DNA of 64,000 nucleotides from a virus. Where the stretch lies: the IMG/VR virus record IMGVR_UViG_3300011980_000002, positions 96,001 through 160,000 of that record; one strand, 5' to 3'. A program made the position numbers and the translations under genes. This document shows positions 48,306 to 57,607 of this stretch, piece after piece; within the stretch, counting starts at the first letter, position 1, and each line of letters starts with the position of its first letter. Below the pieces are notes generated by a model. The model made no database searches and was not told where the DNA came from. It worked only from the letters and a program-made list of their open reading frames with translations.

Positions 48306-48536
48306 ATGAGCATATATGAGGCATATAAATATACAATAACTAAACTAATCAATGAAGGAAGAATTGATGCAGTTAAAAATTTACTTTCAGGGTGGAAAGA
48401 GCTCAATGAAAGTAAATTAAAAAGACTCAGAGGAACACACAGTGCTCCAGAGAGTCAAGAAATGCTACAAAAGAAATCTATAGTACCATTAGAAGTCCTC
48501 GCGGTTGTTGAGGAATTCAAAGAATATATAATATAA
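48306..48536 (+). CDS. Small hypothetical protein
   Basis: 76-aa ORF with an AAAGGAG RBS. Confidence 0.6.
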   Translation: MSIYEAYKYTITKLINEGRIDAVKNLLSGWKELNESKLKRLRGTHSAPESQEMLQKKSIVPLEVLAVVEEFKEYII

Positions 48537-48551
48537 AAAAGGAGAAAAAAT

Positions 48552-48728
48552 ATGTTTAGGAAAGTTGCTACAATGGAAGATGTGGAAATGGAATTAGAAA
48601 AGGTTTCCGATGAAATGGATAACATCTTTAAGAAGGCTGAGGAAGACCTTCTCAATAGTCTTAATATAAAGACTAAAGAGAAGACCTTTAGTAAAGGCTT
48701 CTTCAACTTCAATAAAAATAAAGCCTGA
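48552..48728 (+). CDS. 58-aa hypothetical protein (below the ORF-track cutoff)
   Basis: AAAAGGAG lies 7 nt upstream of the ATG. The ORF ends at a TGA inside the terminator stem. Confidence 0.5.
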   Translation: MFRKVATMEDVEMELEKVSDEMDNIFKKAEEDLLNSLNIKTKEKTFSKGFFNFNKNKA

Positions 48729-48753
48729 TAATCTCAGGCTTTATTTTTTTTTT
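48718..48753 (+). terminator. Rho-independent terminator
   Basis: ataaagcctga / tcaggctttat followed by a T-run. Confidence 0.7.
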
Positions 48754-48824
48754 CTATTTATAAGCATTATCTATATAATATTATTTTGTAATTAAATTTA
48801 TAATGGAAAGAAGGAGAAAGAAAT

Positions 48825-49613
48825 ATGAAATTACTAAAGAAACTATTTAAACACCATAATAGAAATATTACAGATATTTCTGAGTTAAAAGACTTTTATC
48901 TTGCTAGTAATATTTCCAAATTAGTATTAGTTAAGAATAATAAAGATTACAATTTAGGTCTTTATATTCCTTTTACTAAACTTAATGAAATTCATGAAAG
49001 TTTGGAAATGGTAACCAAATTAGTATCTATTTACAATGATCCTGTATTTGATATAGAACCTTTGTATCTTTATATTGTAATAATAAAAGAACCAGGTTCT
49101 ATAGAGTCATTATTTAAAATCTTTATATCTAATAAATATGATATTGAAAATAATCATAGTGATAATGATATCATATTAAGAATAAAGATTAAGAATGATA
49201 ATAAGGATAATATTGTTAATGTATTAAGTTTAATGAGGGATGGTTATAAAAGCTGTATTAATACATTACATAATTCAGTTGTATACAATGTGGATATTAA
49301 CTCAGCTTATGTTAAATTACAATTAGCAGAGAATGAAATTACCATAAGTAAACTAACCTTATCTAATATGATGAAGAATAGTTTATATTATGACATATTG
49401 GAAATAATGAATAATGATATGTTTGTGATAGAAGGAGTAAATGAAGAAGTTCCAGGTATCTATAAGATACAGCATTGCCCATCTGAATTAGATGAAAATA
49501 GTGTGATTATAGACGGTATATTATTAAAACAAATAATACATGGCGATGCTATGAATATCTTAGATAAAGTGATATTGAAAGATGACTTAAGAGTTAAGAA
49601 AGACGGAGAATAA
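48825..49613 (+). CDS. Hypothetical protein
   Basis: 262-aa ORF with a TATAAT promoter variant and an AAGGAG RBS. Confidence 0.6.
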   Translation: MKLLKKLFKHHNRNITDISELKDFYLASNISKLVLVKNNKDYNLGLYIPFTKLNEIHESLEMVTKLVSIYNDPVFDIEPLYLYIVIIKEPGSIESLFKIFISNKYDIENNHSDNDIILRIKIKNDNKDNIVNVLSLMRDGYKSCINTLHNSVVYNVDINSAYVKLQLAENEITISKLTLSNMMKNSLYYDILEIMNNDMFVIEGVNEEVPGIYKIQHCPSELDENSVIIDGILLKQIIHGDAMNILDKVILKDDLRVKKDGE

Positions 49614-49618
49614 GAAAT

Positions 49619-50140
49619 ATGAAAACTAATATTAGTAATATAATAACTATAGAAAGAATATCTAACCCATACATAACAAAAGAAGGTATAATACTATATC
49701 TTTATAAAACTATAGGTACTATACATGGTAATTATTCAATAATGATGAGAAGATTAAAGGATAATGAATCTAATGAAGTGCTTATTAGAAGTCTTTATTT
49801 AACTGGAAAGTTATTTGGAGTAAGTGACGAGAGATACATATTAAAGAAATTTAATATTGCTGATGATATTGATATATCTAAAATAGATGTCATTAAACAG
49901 GATTTTGATGTATGCCCAAAATACCTATTCCTACATTGTAAAGATAATTCTGATGGTAATAGGGAATTAACTGCTGTAAGAATGAGTAATGATGGATATT
50001 TAATAGATAAGGATTTATATGATCCTAAAGAGAGAATATTTAGATTATCAATGAATATTGTCAATTATCAAAAATATAAAAAGACAATAAGTGATATGTT
50101 AAATAAAGTACTTTTAGAAACTTGGCACAAAAATAATTAA
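49619..50140 (+). CDS. Hypothetical protein
   Basis: 173-aa ORF with a GGAGA RBS. Confidence 0.6.
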   Translation: MKTNISNIITIERISNPYITKEGIILYLYKTIGTIHGNYSIMMRRLKDNESNEVLIRSLYLTGKLFGVSDERYILKKFNIADDIDISKIDVIKQDFDVCPKYLFLHCKDNSDGNRELTAVRMSNDGYLIDKDLYDPKERIFRLSMNIVNYQKYKKTISDMLNKVLLETWHKNN

Positions 50141-50150
50141 ATGAATTATT

Positions 50151-50189
50151 AATAAGAGTATGGTTGTATCATACTCTTATTTTTTTTTT
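50151..50189 (+). terminator. Rho-independent terminator
   Basis: aataagagtatg / catactcttatt followed by a T-run. Confidence 0.7.
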
Positions 50190-50191
50190 AT

Positions 50192-50237
50192 CCGTAATAT
50201 GTATATCCATATATATATATATACTATTTATTTGTAA
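50192..50237 (+). promoter_or_regulatory. Cassette promoter with a long (TA)n spacer
   Basis: ccgtaata-N20-tatactatttatttgtaagataaaa. Confidence 0.5.
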
Positions 50238-50268
50238 GATAAAAAAATATATTGCCTATATATAGGTA

Positions 50269-50298
50269 GGGTGGAGATAATATCAAGAGCCCAAGGAG
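50269..50298 (+). promoter_or_regulatory. Conserved 5' leader element, copy 3 of 3
   Basis: gggtggagataatatcaagagcccaaggag. Confidence 0.7.
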
Positions 50299-50303
50299 TT
50301 AAA

Positions 50304-51008
50304 ATGAAATACACATCAATCAGTTCTGTAATTGCTAAGCTAACTAATGGTATAGAGATTAAGCTTTTAGATGGTCATACATTAGGCGGTACTAAAGTTG
50401 TAGCCTGTGTTGACCCATCTAATAATGAGCATAATAAAGAACTCTTAAAGAACTTGAGTAGAGCCGCTCATATCTGTGAGTCTGGCTCTACTCCAAAATA
50501 TATGTTTGTTATAACGCAGTACGATAATGGGTGCAAGCTCATAGATATTATGTTTACAGATAATCTATTGGATATAAATAATATATATGAAACAAACCCA
50601 AATTGCCATGGTTCTTTGGTTGAGACTAATAACCAAAGAACTTATAGTGGTATGATGGAAACTATCGTAAAGCTTCGTGATATGTATAGTGAAGCTTTAC
50701 AGGAATTAAATTCTACTGGAAACGAATTAAAGTCATTCAGATATAATGGCGAAATGCTAGTATTGAGAAGGAATGACGATAAGATGTTTTCAGTAGATAC
50801 GGGATCATTACTCAGACAAGGAACTTTATCAGTTCGTATGAAGTTCAAGTACTCTGAGTATAATAAGAGGAAGTTCCTCTTAATGAAAACGAGCCCACAA
50901 CGAGTTTCATTGGAAGAAGTCAACCCAAATGGAACAGTAATCAATGGTGATGGTGTCACCATTACCATGTTACAACTGGATGAACTTCTGGATGTAATAA
51001 GACCATAA
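50304..51008 (+). CDS. Hypothetical protein, G+C-richer cassette gene
   Basis: I prefer the ATG at 50304 (GGAG upstream), because the track start at 50271 lies inside the leader element. Confidence 0.7.
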   Translation: MKYTSISSVIAKLTNGIEIKLLDGHTLGGTKVVACVDPSNNEHNKELLKNLSRAAHICESGSTPKYMFVITQYDNGCKLIDIMFTDNLLDINNIYETNPNCHGSLVETNNQRTYSGMMETIVKLRDMYSEALQELNSTGNELKSFRYNGEMLVLRRNDDKMFSVDTGSLLRQGTLSVRMKFKYSEYNKRKFLLMKTSPQRVSLEEVNPNGTVINGDGVTITMLQLDELLDVIRP

Positions 51009-51056
51009 AAAATAAAACCCACTTACATAAATTACAATAAGTGGGTTTTATTTTTT
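51007..51056. terminator. Bidirectional terminator between convergent genes
   Basis: An A-run, then aaaacccactt / aagtgggtttt, then a T-run. Confidence 0.7.
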
Positions 51057-52008
51057 AGAATTTATTCATATATAATATCTCATTATATATTATATTTTTT
51101 ACCATCACATCATCAGATATTATTCCGATAAACTGTAATAGCTTTACTGATAGATTTAAACTTTCGTTTATATTCACATCTTGGAAATAAGTATAGCTAT
51201 TTGGAGCAATTAATAAATAAGCATCTATTATAAATGGTCTATTATTATCTTCCCAATGTTTGATTATTATAGACCCTAATATCTCAAGAGATTTCCTAAG
51301 CTCTTTATAGCTCATCTCATCTATAAATTTAATTTCTTTAATCCCCGAGTATTTACCCGTGCATATAATATAAATTAATCTCATTATCTCATTTACACTA
51401 ATTACACTACTTGGTCTATATTCTTTTAACTCATCACTTATCTTATTAAATATCTTATAAATCTTATTAGGGATATTCTTAGTAATAAATGATGATTTAT
51501 CATATAACCAAATATACTTTAATAAATCCATTAATTCATTATAATAACTTCCATATATACTCATATTACTATTGATATACTTGTCAATAAATCCATTTAA
51601 TGAATGATAGATATCGGTAATATTGCTATTAATAGATTTATGGTTGTCTATACAGGTAAGTATATTCTCGATATTATTTAGCATATAGCCAAGTATTAAA
51701 GAACAAAATTTTCTTTTAAAGATATCTTCATATATATTATAAATATCATTATGCTTATAGTCTAAAACCATATCTATTAACTTATCTTTATCTAATGAAT
51801 AAATATCATCAAATATATAACTATCACCATCTTTATGTAATTTACTATACTTAGATAAGTTATAATAATTATCCAATAATACCATAATCTTACAATGACA
51901 ATATAATTTGAATCTTGATATAGACTCATTATCATTTCCCATAATAGATTTCTTATGGAAAAAATCATCTATACTACTCATTATTTTTTTAATCTTCTTT
52001 CTTTTCAT
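51055..52008 (-). CDS. Hypothetical protein
   Basis: I prefer the ATG at 52008 (GAAGGAG upstream). 317 aa. Confidence 0.6.
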   Translation of the reverse strand: MKRKKIKKIMSSIDDFFHKKSIMGNDNESISRFKLYCHCKIMVLLDNYYNLSKYSKLHKDGDSYIFDDIYSLDKDKLIDMVLDYKHNDIYNIYEDIFKRKFCSLILGYMLNNIENILTCIDNHKSINSNITDIYHSLNGFIDKYINSNMSIYGSYYNELMDLLKYIWLYDKSSFITKNIPNKIYKIFNKISDELKEYRPSSVISVNEIMRLIYIICTGKYSGIKEIKFIDEMSYKELRKSLEILGSIIIKHWEDNNRPFIIDAYLLIAPNSYTYFQDVNINESLNLSVKLLQFIGIISDDVMVKNIIYNEILYMNKF

Positions 52009-52124
52009 ATTTCTTTTTTCTCCTTCAATAATCATTACTACCATATTAATATTATATATACAATGATTTTATATATTATTAATATGAATTATATTTATAA
52101 TAATGGAAAGGAACATAAAGAAAT

Positions 52125-52895
52125 ATGAGTATTATTGATATTATAAGGGTATATGATTATGTAGAAAAGAAGGACTGTATGAAAATAAAAGTTAAATCGT
52201 TAGAAACTTCAAAGATTAATATATTGGTAATAAGAATACCGGTTAATTATAAAGAAACCGGATTAGTTAATATTAATATCGTAGAAAATATATTAAATCC
52301 AATTTATACTGATTATGATACTATTGACGATATGTATAATTCATTGAAGAATACGGATAACAGTTATTTTGATTTCTTACCGAAATATTTATATTTATAT
52401 CATGATAGTGAGAAAGAAATAATCAAAGATATAAGATTATCTAATAAAGAAACCTATACATATACTGATGTTAATGATACAATATATCGTATCCATCTTC
52501 TTAAAGAAAATATAAGTGAGATATGTGAAGTTATATCTTCTATATATGATACATATCAAAATGCTATCACCTATCAATTATATAAATCCGAAGTTAAATC
52601 AGTTTATATAAGTGATATAGACGATGCTACAAGAATTACTATAGATGATGGTAATAAACCAGCCCACTTAACTCCTAATATGGTAAAAGGGATGTTTAAA
52701 AGATATGGTGTTGGTACCTTAGATAAGGATGCTCTATATATGATAAAAAGTATATATGGTAAATCTCTTCATTTAAGAAAATTGGATTATCTTCCAATTA
52801 ATACATTGAATAGAGATAAAATCGTTACATATTTTATTTTAGAGTCGATGTATGAATTAATGAATACGTTAACTAAGGACGACTTTTTATGGTAG
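52125..52895 (+). CDS. Hypothetical protein
   Basis: 256-aa ORF with ATGGAAAGGA upstream. Confidence 0.6.
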   Translation: MSIIDIIRVYDYVEKKDCMKIKVKSLETSKINILVIRIPVNYKETGLVNINIVENILNPIYTDYDTIDDMYNSLKNTDNSYFDFLPKYLYLYHDSEKEIIKDIRLSNKETYTYTDVNDTIYRIHLLKENISEICEVISSIYDTYQNAITYQLYKSEVKSVYISDIDDATRITIDDGNKPAHLTPNMVKGMFKRYGVGTLDKDALYMIKSIYGKSLHLRKLDYLPINTLNRDKIVTYFILESMYELMNTLTKDDFLW

Positions 52896-52965
52896 TTAAA
52901 AAACCTTGTAAAAACATTGAAGTAAACTAAATAAAATTAAATAAGAAAGGTGGTATATTGTAATT

Positions 52966-53445
52966 ATGTCTATACCAATGACTGAAAATAGAAAGCTGGT
53001 TGTTATTACTACTAATGGACCTATAATGGAACTTGGGGGTATAGCAGGACCAGTTGTTTCTCCATGCTATGTAAATGTAAGAACTCTGATTAACATGGTT
53101 CATTCAGGTGTATCTGTATATGAAGTTAACCCACTTAACTATGATGAGCAGGTTAAGCTTACAATACAGAATGTCAATGCTTCTAACTTCGAAGGTTCCG
53201 AAAAGACTGTATCAAATCCAGAGGCTACTAAGGCTGTTGATAATAAGCCTGTAGAGGAAGTATTAGAAGCAGAGCAGACCGGTTCAGCAGCATCTACTAC
53301 CAATGATGTAGAAGTTCCTAAGAATCCTCTTGATGCAGCAGTTGAAGAAGTTGCTAAGAAAGAGGAGAATGAAGAGAGTAAAGAGAAGGAAGCTAAGCCT
53401 GCTAATGAGAAGACTAATAAGTCAGATTTCTCTAAGAGGAAGTAA
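52966..53445 (+). CDS. Hypothetical protein with an E/K-rich tail
   Basis: 159-aa ORF with a GAAAGGTGG RBS and G+C-richer composition. Confidence 0.6.
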   Translation: MSIPMTENRKLVVITTNGPIMELGGIAGPVVSPCYVNVRTLINMVHSGVSVYEVNPLNYDEQVKLTIQNVNASNFEGSEKTVSNPEATKAVDNKPVEEVLEAEQTGSAASTTNDVEVPKNPLDAAVEEVAKKEENEESKEKEAKPANEKTNKSDFSKRK

Positions 53446-53462
53446 TTTATTATTTACTTTAG

Positions 53463-53521
53463 ATAAGCACTTATTACCAATTATCAAAAGAATATATTGG
53501 TAATAAGTGCTTATGTTTTTT
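53463..53521 (+). terminator. Rho-independent terminator
   Basis: 19-bp stem ataagcacttattaccaat / attggtaataagtgcttat followed by a T-run. Confidence 0.7.
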
Positions 53522-53581
53522 ATGTATATCTTAAATATTTAAGACAAATACACTGATTTAATTAAAATTGAAAGGTGGTTA

Positions 53582-54007
53582 ATGAAAGTAATGATTGACC
53601 CAGCGTTTGGTGTAAATTCATTTAATGAACCTAAATACTATAGTGAGTCACAAACTACTGCCAATAACATAATGATGATATTATATGGTAAACCAGGTTT
53701 CTACCCATCAATACCATACTTAGGAATGGATGTACCTCGTCTTAATGATACTTTTTTTGATGATTTGGATACTGACCAAATTAAATCAGAATTAGCAAGA
53801 CAGTGTAATGTATTCATTGATAATATAAGAGATGGTACTTTTGATGTACAGAAATCTTTAATTAATGGTAAACCATTATTAATATTCGTTGTACCGGTTA
53901 TATCGGAACAGGTTCCACAAAGAATTGCTATAGGAATAACTACCAATGAACAAGGTGAGCTAATTTATAGAATGAAGTATGCTGATGCAGAAGAGGATGA
54001 TAATTAA
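53582..54007 (+). CDS. Possible gp25-like baseplate wedge protein
   Basis: 141 aa. NNIMMILYGKPGFYPSIPYLGMDVPRL resembles the gp25/GPW core pattern (I..IL.T..G..P..P.FG). Confidence 0.4.
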   Translation: MKVMIDPAFGVNSFNEPKYYSESQTTANNIMMILYGKPGFYPSIPYLGMDVPRLNDTFFDDLDTDQIKSELARQCNVFIDNIRDGTFDVQKSLINGKPLLIFVVPVISEQVPQRIAIGITTNEQGELIYRMKYADAEEDDN

Positions 54008-54064
54008 TCATCTTGTAAACTCAATTAATAAATAATTTATAGGAAAGGAATATATTAAATTAAC

Positions 54065-55777
54065 ATGAGTGAAGAGATTAAGAATAATGATTCTGAATTA
54101 GATGATTTGATAAAATCAAAACTTGATGAGGTTGTTGACAATAAGGAAGCTAACGAAACTCCATATGTATTAGATGATAATAAAACCCCTTTACAACAGA
54201 TGCAAGAGTATAATGAGAAGAATCAAGGTCTTATCATTAATAATGCAGACTACACATCAAGTGATGGTAGTATAGAGCTTAAGGGTAATCCGGCAGATGA
54301 TAGAAGAGATACAGAGTACGATGAGTACATGAAAGAAATGGATGATATGATTGAAACAGCTAAGACTGTTAAATTAACTAAAGCTCCGGAAAACCCAATA
54401 GAGATGGCTGCAATGATAGACCAATTGGATACTCTAACAAGACAGCGTAGAGGTGATAAAATAGAAAAGCCTCTTGATAGGGATGGTAATGTAATAGAAA
54501 GAGCTGAAACAGAATTAACTCCGTTATCTGTTAATGGTAAGCAAACTACATTCTTTGATACTTCTGTAAAACCTGATACTGATACAGATAATGAGTCTGG
54601 TGAAGGTAAAGAAGAAGAGGATGATACAACTGAAGGAATTATTACTACAGAAGAAGACCTTAAACATGAAAAGATGGTTAATATTATTATTGATAAAACC
54701 GGAATTGGTCTTGAAAATAGAATAGAGTTTTCAGAAGAGGAAAAAGAGAAGCTTTCATTAGCTAATGAAATAAGAGTTACGACAGTAGAAACTTTGGAGC
54801 TTGAGTCATGTGATATAGTTGCACCTGATAAATCATTTGTTGAGAATATAGAAGCTAACGAAGTTACTGTTGGAACTACAGTAGTACCATGTGTATCTTC
54901 TGGTTATAAAGCAACAATGAAAGGTGCTGGTTATGGACAATTAGGAGACCTTTTAATAAATCCACAAACTGCACCATTTGATAAATACTATAAGGCTTAT
55001 AGCATTATCTATAACTGTATTGTTAATACTACTATAGGTAAATTCAAGACATTTGATGAGTTCTTAAAGAAAACATCATGGTTGGATATGAATGTACTCC
55101 TTTATGGTATTATCGTATCAACATTCCCAGAGATAGATGGAATTCAACTTACTTGTGAAAGATGCAGAAAGTCATTTGAACATAAGTATGTTGTTAGAGA
55201 CTTATTTGATATAAGAGCAGCTTCTACTGCTTACTTAGAGAAGTTTGATCAGCTTCTTGAACTTCGTGGAGAAGATGTGATGAAGTTTAATGCAGAAGCT
55301 CCGATTTATCATAATAAGCTAATCAAACTTCCTAATAGTAATTGGGTAATTAAATGTGGTATATCTACTGCATATGATTATTTATATCAGAGAGTTAATA
55401 ATGTTAATAATGAGGATTGGGCTAAAACTCACCCTGATGATGTCAATCAAATCCTTTACTCAAATGCAGAATTTGTTTCTGTAGTTAGAGGAATTGGTAT
55501 ACCTCGACCAGATGGTAAGATAGTTATGTATGAAGGATTTGATGATATTATAAATGCTATATACAAGTTACCTGCTGATGATATGGCTATACTTAATAGT
55601 GTACTTACTAAGTTCTATATGGATTACATCGTAACATTCTCTATTAAGAATACTAAATGTCCAAACTGTGGTAATACTGCTGATACTAGAGACGTAGATC
55701 TTTATCAATTGGTTTTTATCAAGCTTCAACTGTTGATGAGTACGGCAATCAATACGGAACTTATGCCAAGAATCTAA
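54065..55777 (+). CDS. Hypothetical protein with two CxxC pairs (possible structural or baseplate-associated)
   Basis: 570-aa ORF with CERC and CPNC pairs. A downstream ORF continues in the -1 frame; see findings. Confidence 0.6.
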   Translation: MSEEIKNNDSELDDLIKSKLDEVVDNKEANETPYVLDDNKTPLQQMQEYNEKNQGLIINNADYTSSDGSIELKGNPADDRRDTEYDEYMKEMDDMIETAKTVKLTKAPENPIEMAAMIDQLDTLTRQRRGDKIEKPLDRDGNVIERAETELTPLSVNGKQTTFFDTSVKPDTDTDNESGEGKEEEDDTTEGIITTEEDLKHEKMVNIIIDKTGIGLENRIEFSEEEKEKLSLANEIRVTTVETLELESCDIVAPDKSFVENIEANEVTVGTTVVPCVSSGYKATMKGAGYGQLGDLLINPQTAPFDKYYKAYSIIYNCIVNTTIGKFKTFDEFLKKTSWLDMNVLLYGIIVSTFPEIDGIQLTCERCRKSFEHKYVVRDLFDIRAASTAYLEKFDQLLELRGEDVMKFNAEAPIYHNKLIKLPNSNWVIKCGISTAYDYLYQRVNNVNNEDWAKTHPDDVNQILYSNAEFVSVVRGIGIPRPDGKIVMYEGFDDIINAIYKLPADDMAILNSVLTKFYMDYIVTFSIKNTKCPNCGNTADTRDVDLYQLVFIKLQLLMSTAINTELMPRI

Positions 55778-56058
55778 ATGACTTATTAGCAATATTTAAA
55801 GGTGAATTAACCGTATCCGATATTATGTATAATTTACCATATAAATTAGTTAATAAGTTAAAAGATGCTAGAATTAAGCAGTTGGAAGCTGAGAATAAAG
55901 CTCATGAACAGATGATGAGACAACAACAATCATCAGACATAAGAAAAAACATAATGAAACCTTAAGAAGTGTGAATATTTAGAAAGATATTATGAAAAAA
56001 CCATATTATTAATATTCTTTATTATATATTTTTTATAATAAGGGGATTGATAATTAAA

Positions 56059-56364
56059 ATGAAACAAAGATGTACAGATTATTTAAATAAATTATCTGGT
56101 GATAGATTTGATATATTAGAAGAACTAATAATAAATAAATATAGACATTTTAGAAAATTCTATAAATTTATTAGGTATTATAGTGAATATATATCAAATC
56201 TATTATACCAGTTTAATAATAAGGAATCATTAGATATTGTTATAGAAGTAGATAGTGATTTAGATAGTAGAGATTTTATAGATAAGATAATAAAAGAGAA
56301 TAATGATTATGATATAAGTATTGAATCTTGTCATGAAGGAATTCATATATCTATAAATGTATAA
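56059..56364 (+). CDS. Hypothetical protein
   Basis: I prefer the ATG at 56059 (AAGGGGA upstream). Confidence 0.5.
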   Translation: MKQRCTDYLNKLSGDRFDILEELIINKYRHFRKFYKFIRYYSEYISNLLYQFNNKESLDIVIEVDSDLDSRDFIDKIIKENNDYDISIESCHEGIHISINV

Positions 56365-56372
56365 AAAAGATT

Positions 56373-56417
56373 AATTAGAGTATACTGAGAATATTTAAAC
56401 CTCAGTATACTCTAATT
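56373..56417 (+). terminator. Stem-loop terminator
   Basis: 17-bp stem aattagagtatactgag / ctcagtatactctaatt. Confidence 0.6.
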
Positions 56418-56444
56418 ATTATATGTAAAATTTTCGGGTAAAGA

Positions 56445-56477
56445 TATAAACTAGACTAATTTTAAGTCTAGTTTATA
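56445..56477. terminator. Second stem-loop in the convergent intergenic region
   Basis: tataaactagact / agtctagtttata. Confidence 0.4.
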
Positions 56478-56675
56478 CTTACCATTTTATTTCTTTAAAG
56501 GAGTTGACCTCATTGAGATCTTTTTATGTTAAGAATAACTTTATAACATAAAAAATTGGAAGCCGTGATTTGTTGCCGGTTATGAATTTCACACATTATT
56601 TTTGAAGGAATATGAAAAACAATATTGACTTCCAATTTTTTAATTAATTGTATATATTATAAATATTTTTTATAT

Positions 56676-57449
56676 TTATGCTTTACCCGTTACCTTATCA
56701 GCTACCTTATTAAGAATTGAAGAACTTGATTTCTTAAGTCTTATGATATAAGCCTTAACTCTTCTAAGTGCTTCTCCTCTATACTTATGTCTAAGATGAG
56801 CCTTATAAGCTCTTCTTAATTGATTTATTCTCTGAAGCTTTTTATATACTGGGTCATTATGAGCTCTTGCTGAAGCATAAACTCCTATCTCAAATAACTG
56901 CTTTCTTCTATCAGCCTCATTAAGTTGTACTCTTGTCTTAGTAGCGAAAACTCTCTTCTCTTCAAATACATCATAATTATCTGTATTATATGGAGCCATT
57001 ATTTCATCTACAGACTCTTCAAGTATCATTCCTTCAGATACGGCTATATATGACTCTAAAGCAAATTCCTCTACAGTCTGCTCATCTTCTCTGAACTCAT
57101 CTTGAAGCATTGCTGGAGTAGCAGTAAGACTCATAATCTTATCAGCTTCCTCTTCTTCTGAACTATCAAGTTCAGCCTCTGATGTATCTGCTGACATAAG
57201 ATCTTCCTCGTCGATATCTTCCAATTCATCTTCTGAAATATCATCTAAATCAATATCTTCGAGTTCATCATCTATCTCTTCATCTATACTGTCTCTATCT
57301 TCATAATCATCTTCATCACTGTAAGATGTATCACCATCTTCACAAGACTCACAATCTTCTGTACTATACGCGTATGTATAATCATTGTCAGAATAGTCTT
57401 CTCTCTTAGATGGTAATTCTTGATTAAGTATATCATCAAATTTACTCAT
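56676..57449 (-). CDS. Highly acidic protein with a basic C-terminal tail
   Basis: 257-aa ORF with a GAAAGGAG RBS. Residues about 15-150 are dominated by D and E; the C-terminal 60 aa are K/R-rich. Confidence 0.7.
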   Translation of the reverse strand: MSKFDDILNQELPSKREDYSDNDYTYAYSTEDCESCEDGDTSYSDEDDYEDRDSIDEEIDDELEDIDLDDISEDELEDIDEEDLMSADTSEAELDSSEEEEADKIMSLTATPAMLQDEFREDEQTVEEFALESYIAVSEGMILEESVDEIMAPYNTDNYDVFEEKRVFATKTRVQLNEADRRKQLFEIGVYASARAHNDPVYKKLQRINQLRRAYKAHLRHKYRGEALRRVKAYIIRLKKSSSSILNKVADKVTGKA

Positions 57450-57607
57450 GTAATTTCAACGATCTCCTTTCTTGAATAACAATTTATTTTTAATTAACTT
57501 ATTGTAGTCGATATACATATATGAATTCCATGATATATCTTATGATTACCATATTTACATTTGGTTAAAATGACTATAAAGTTAGAACTGGAAAGGAATT
57601 ATCTATT

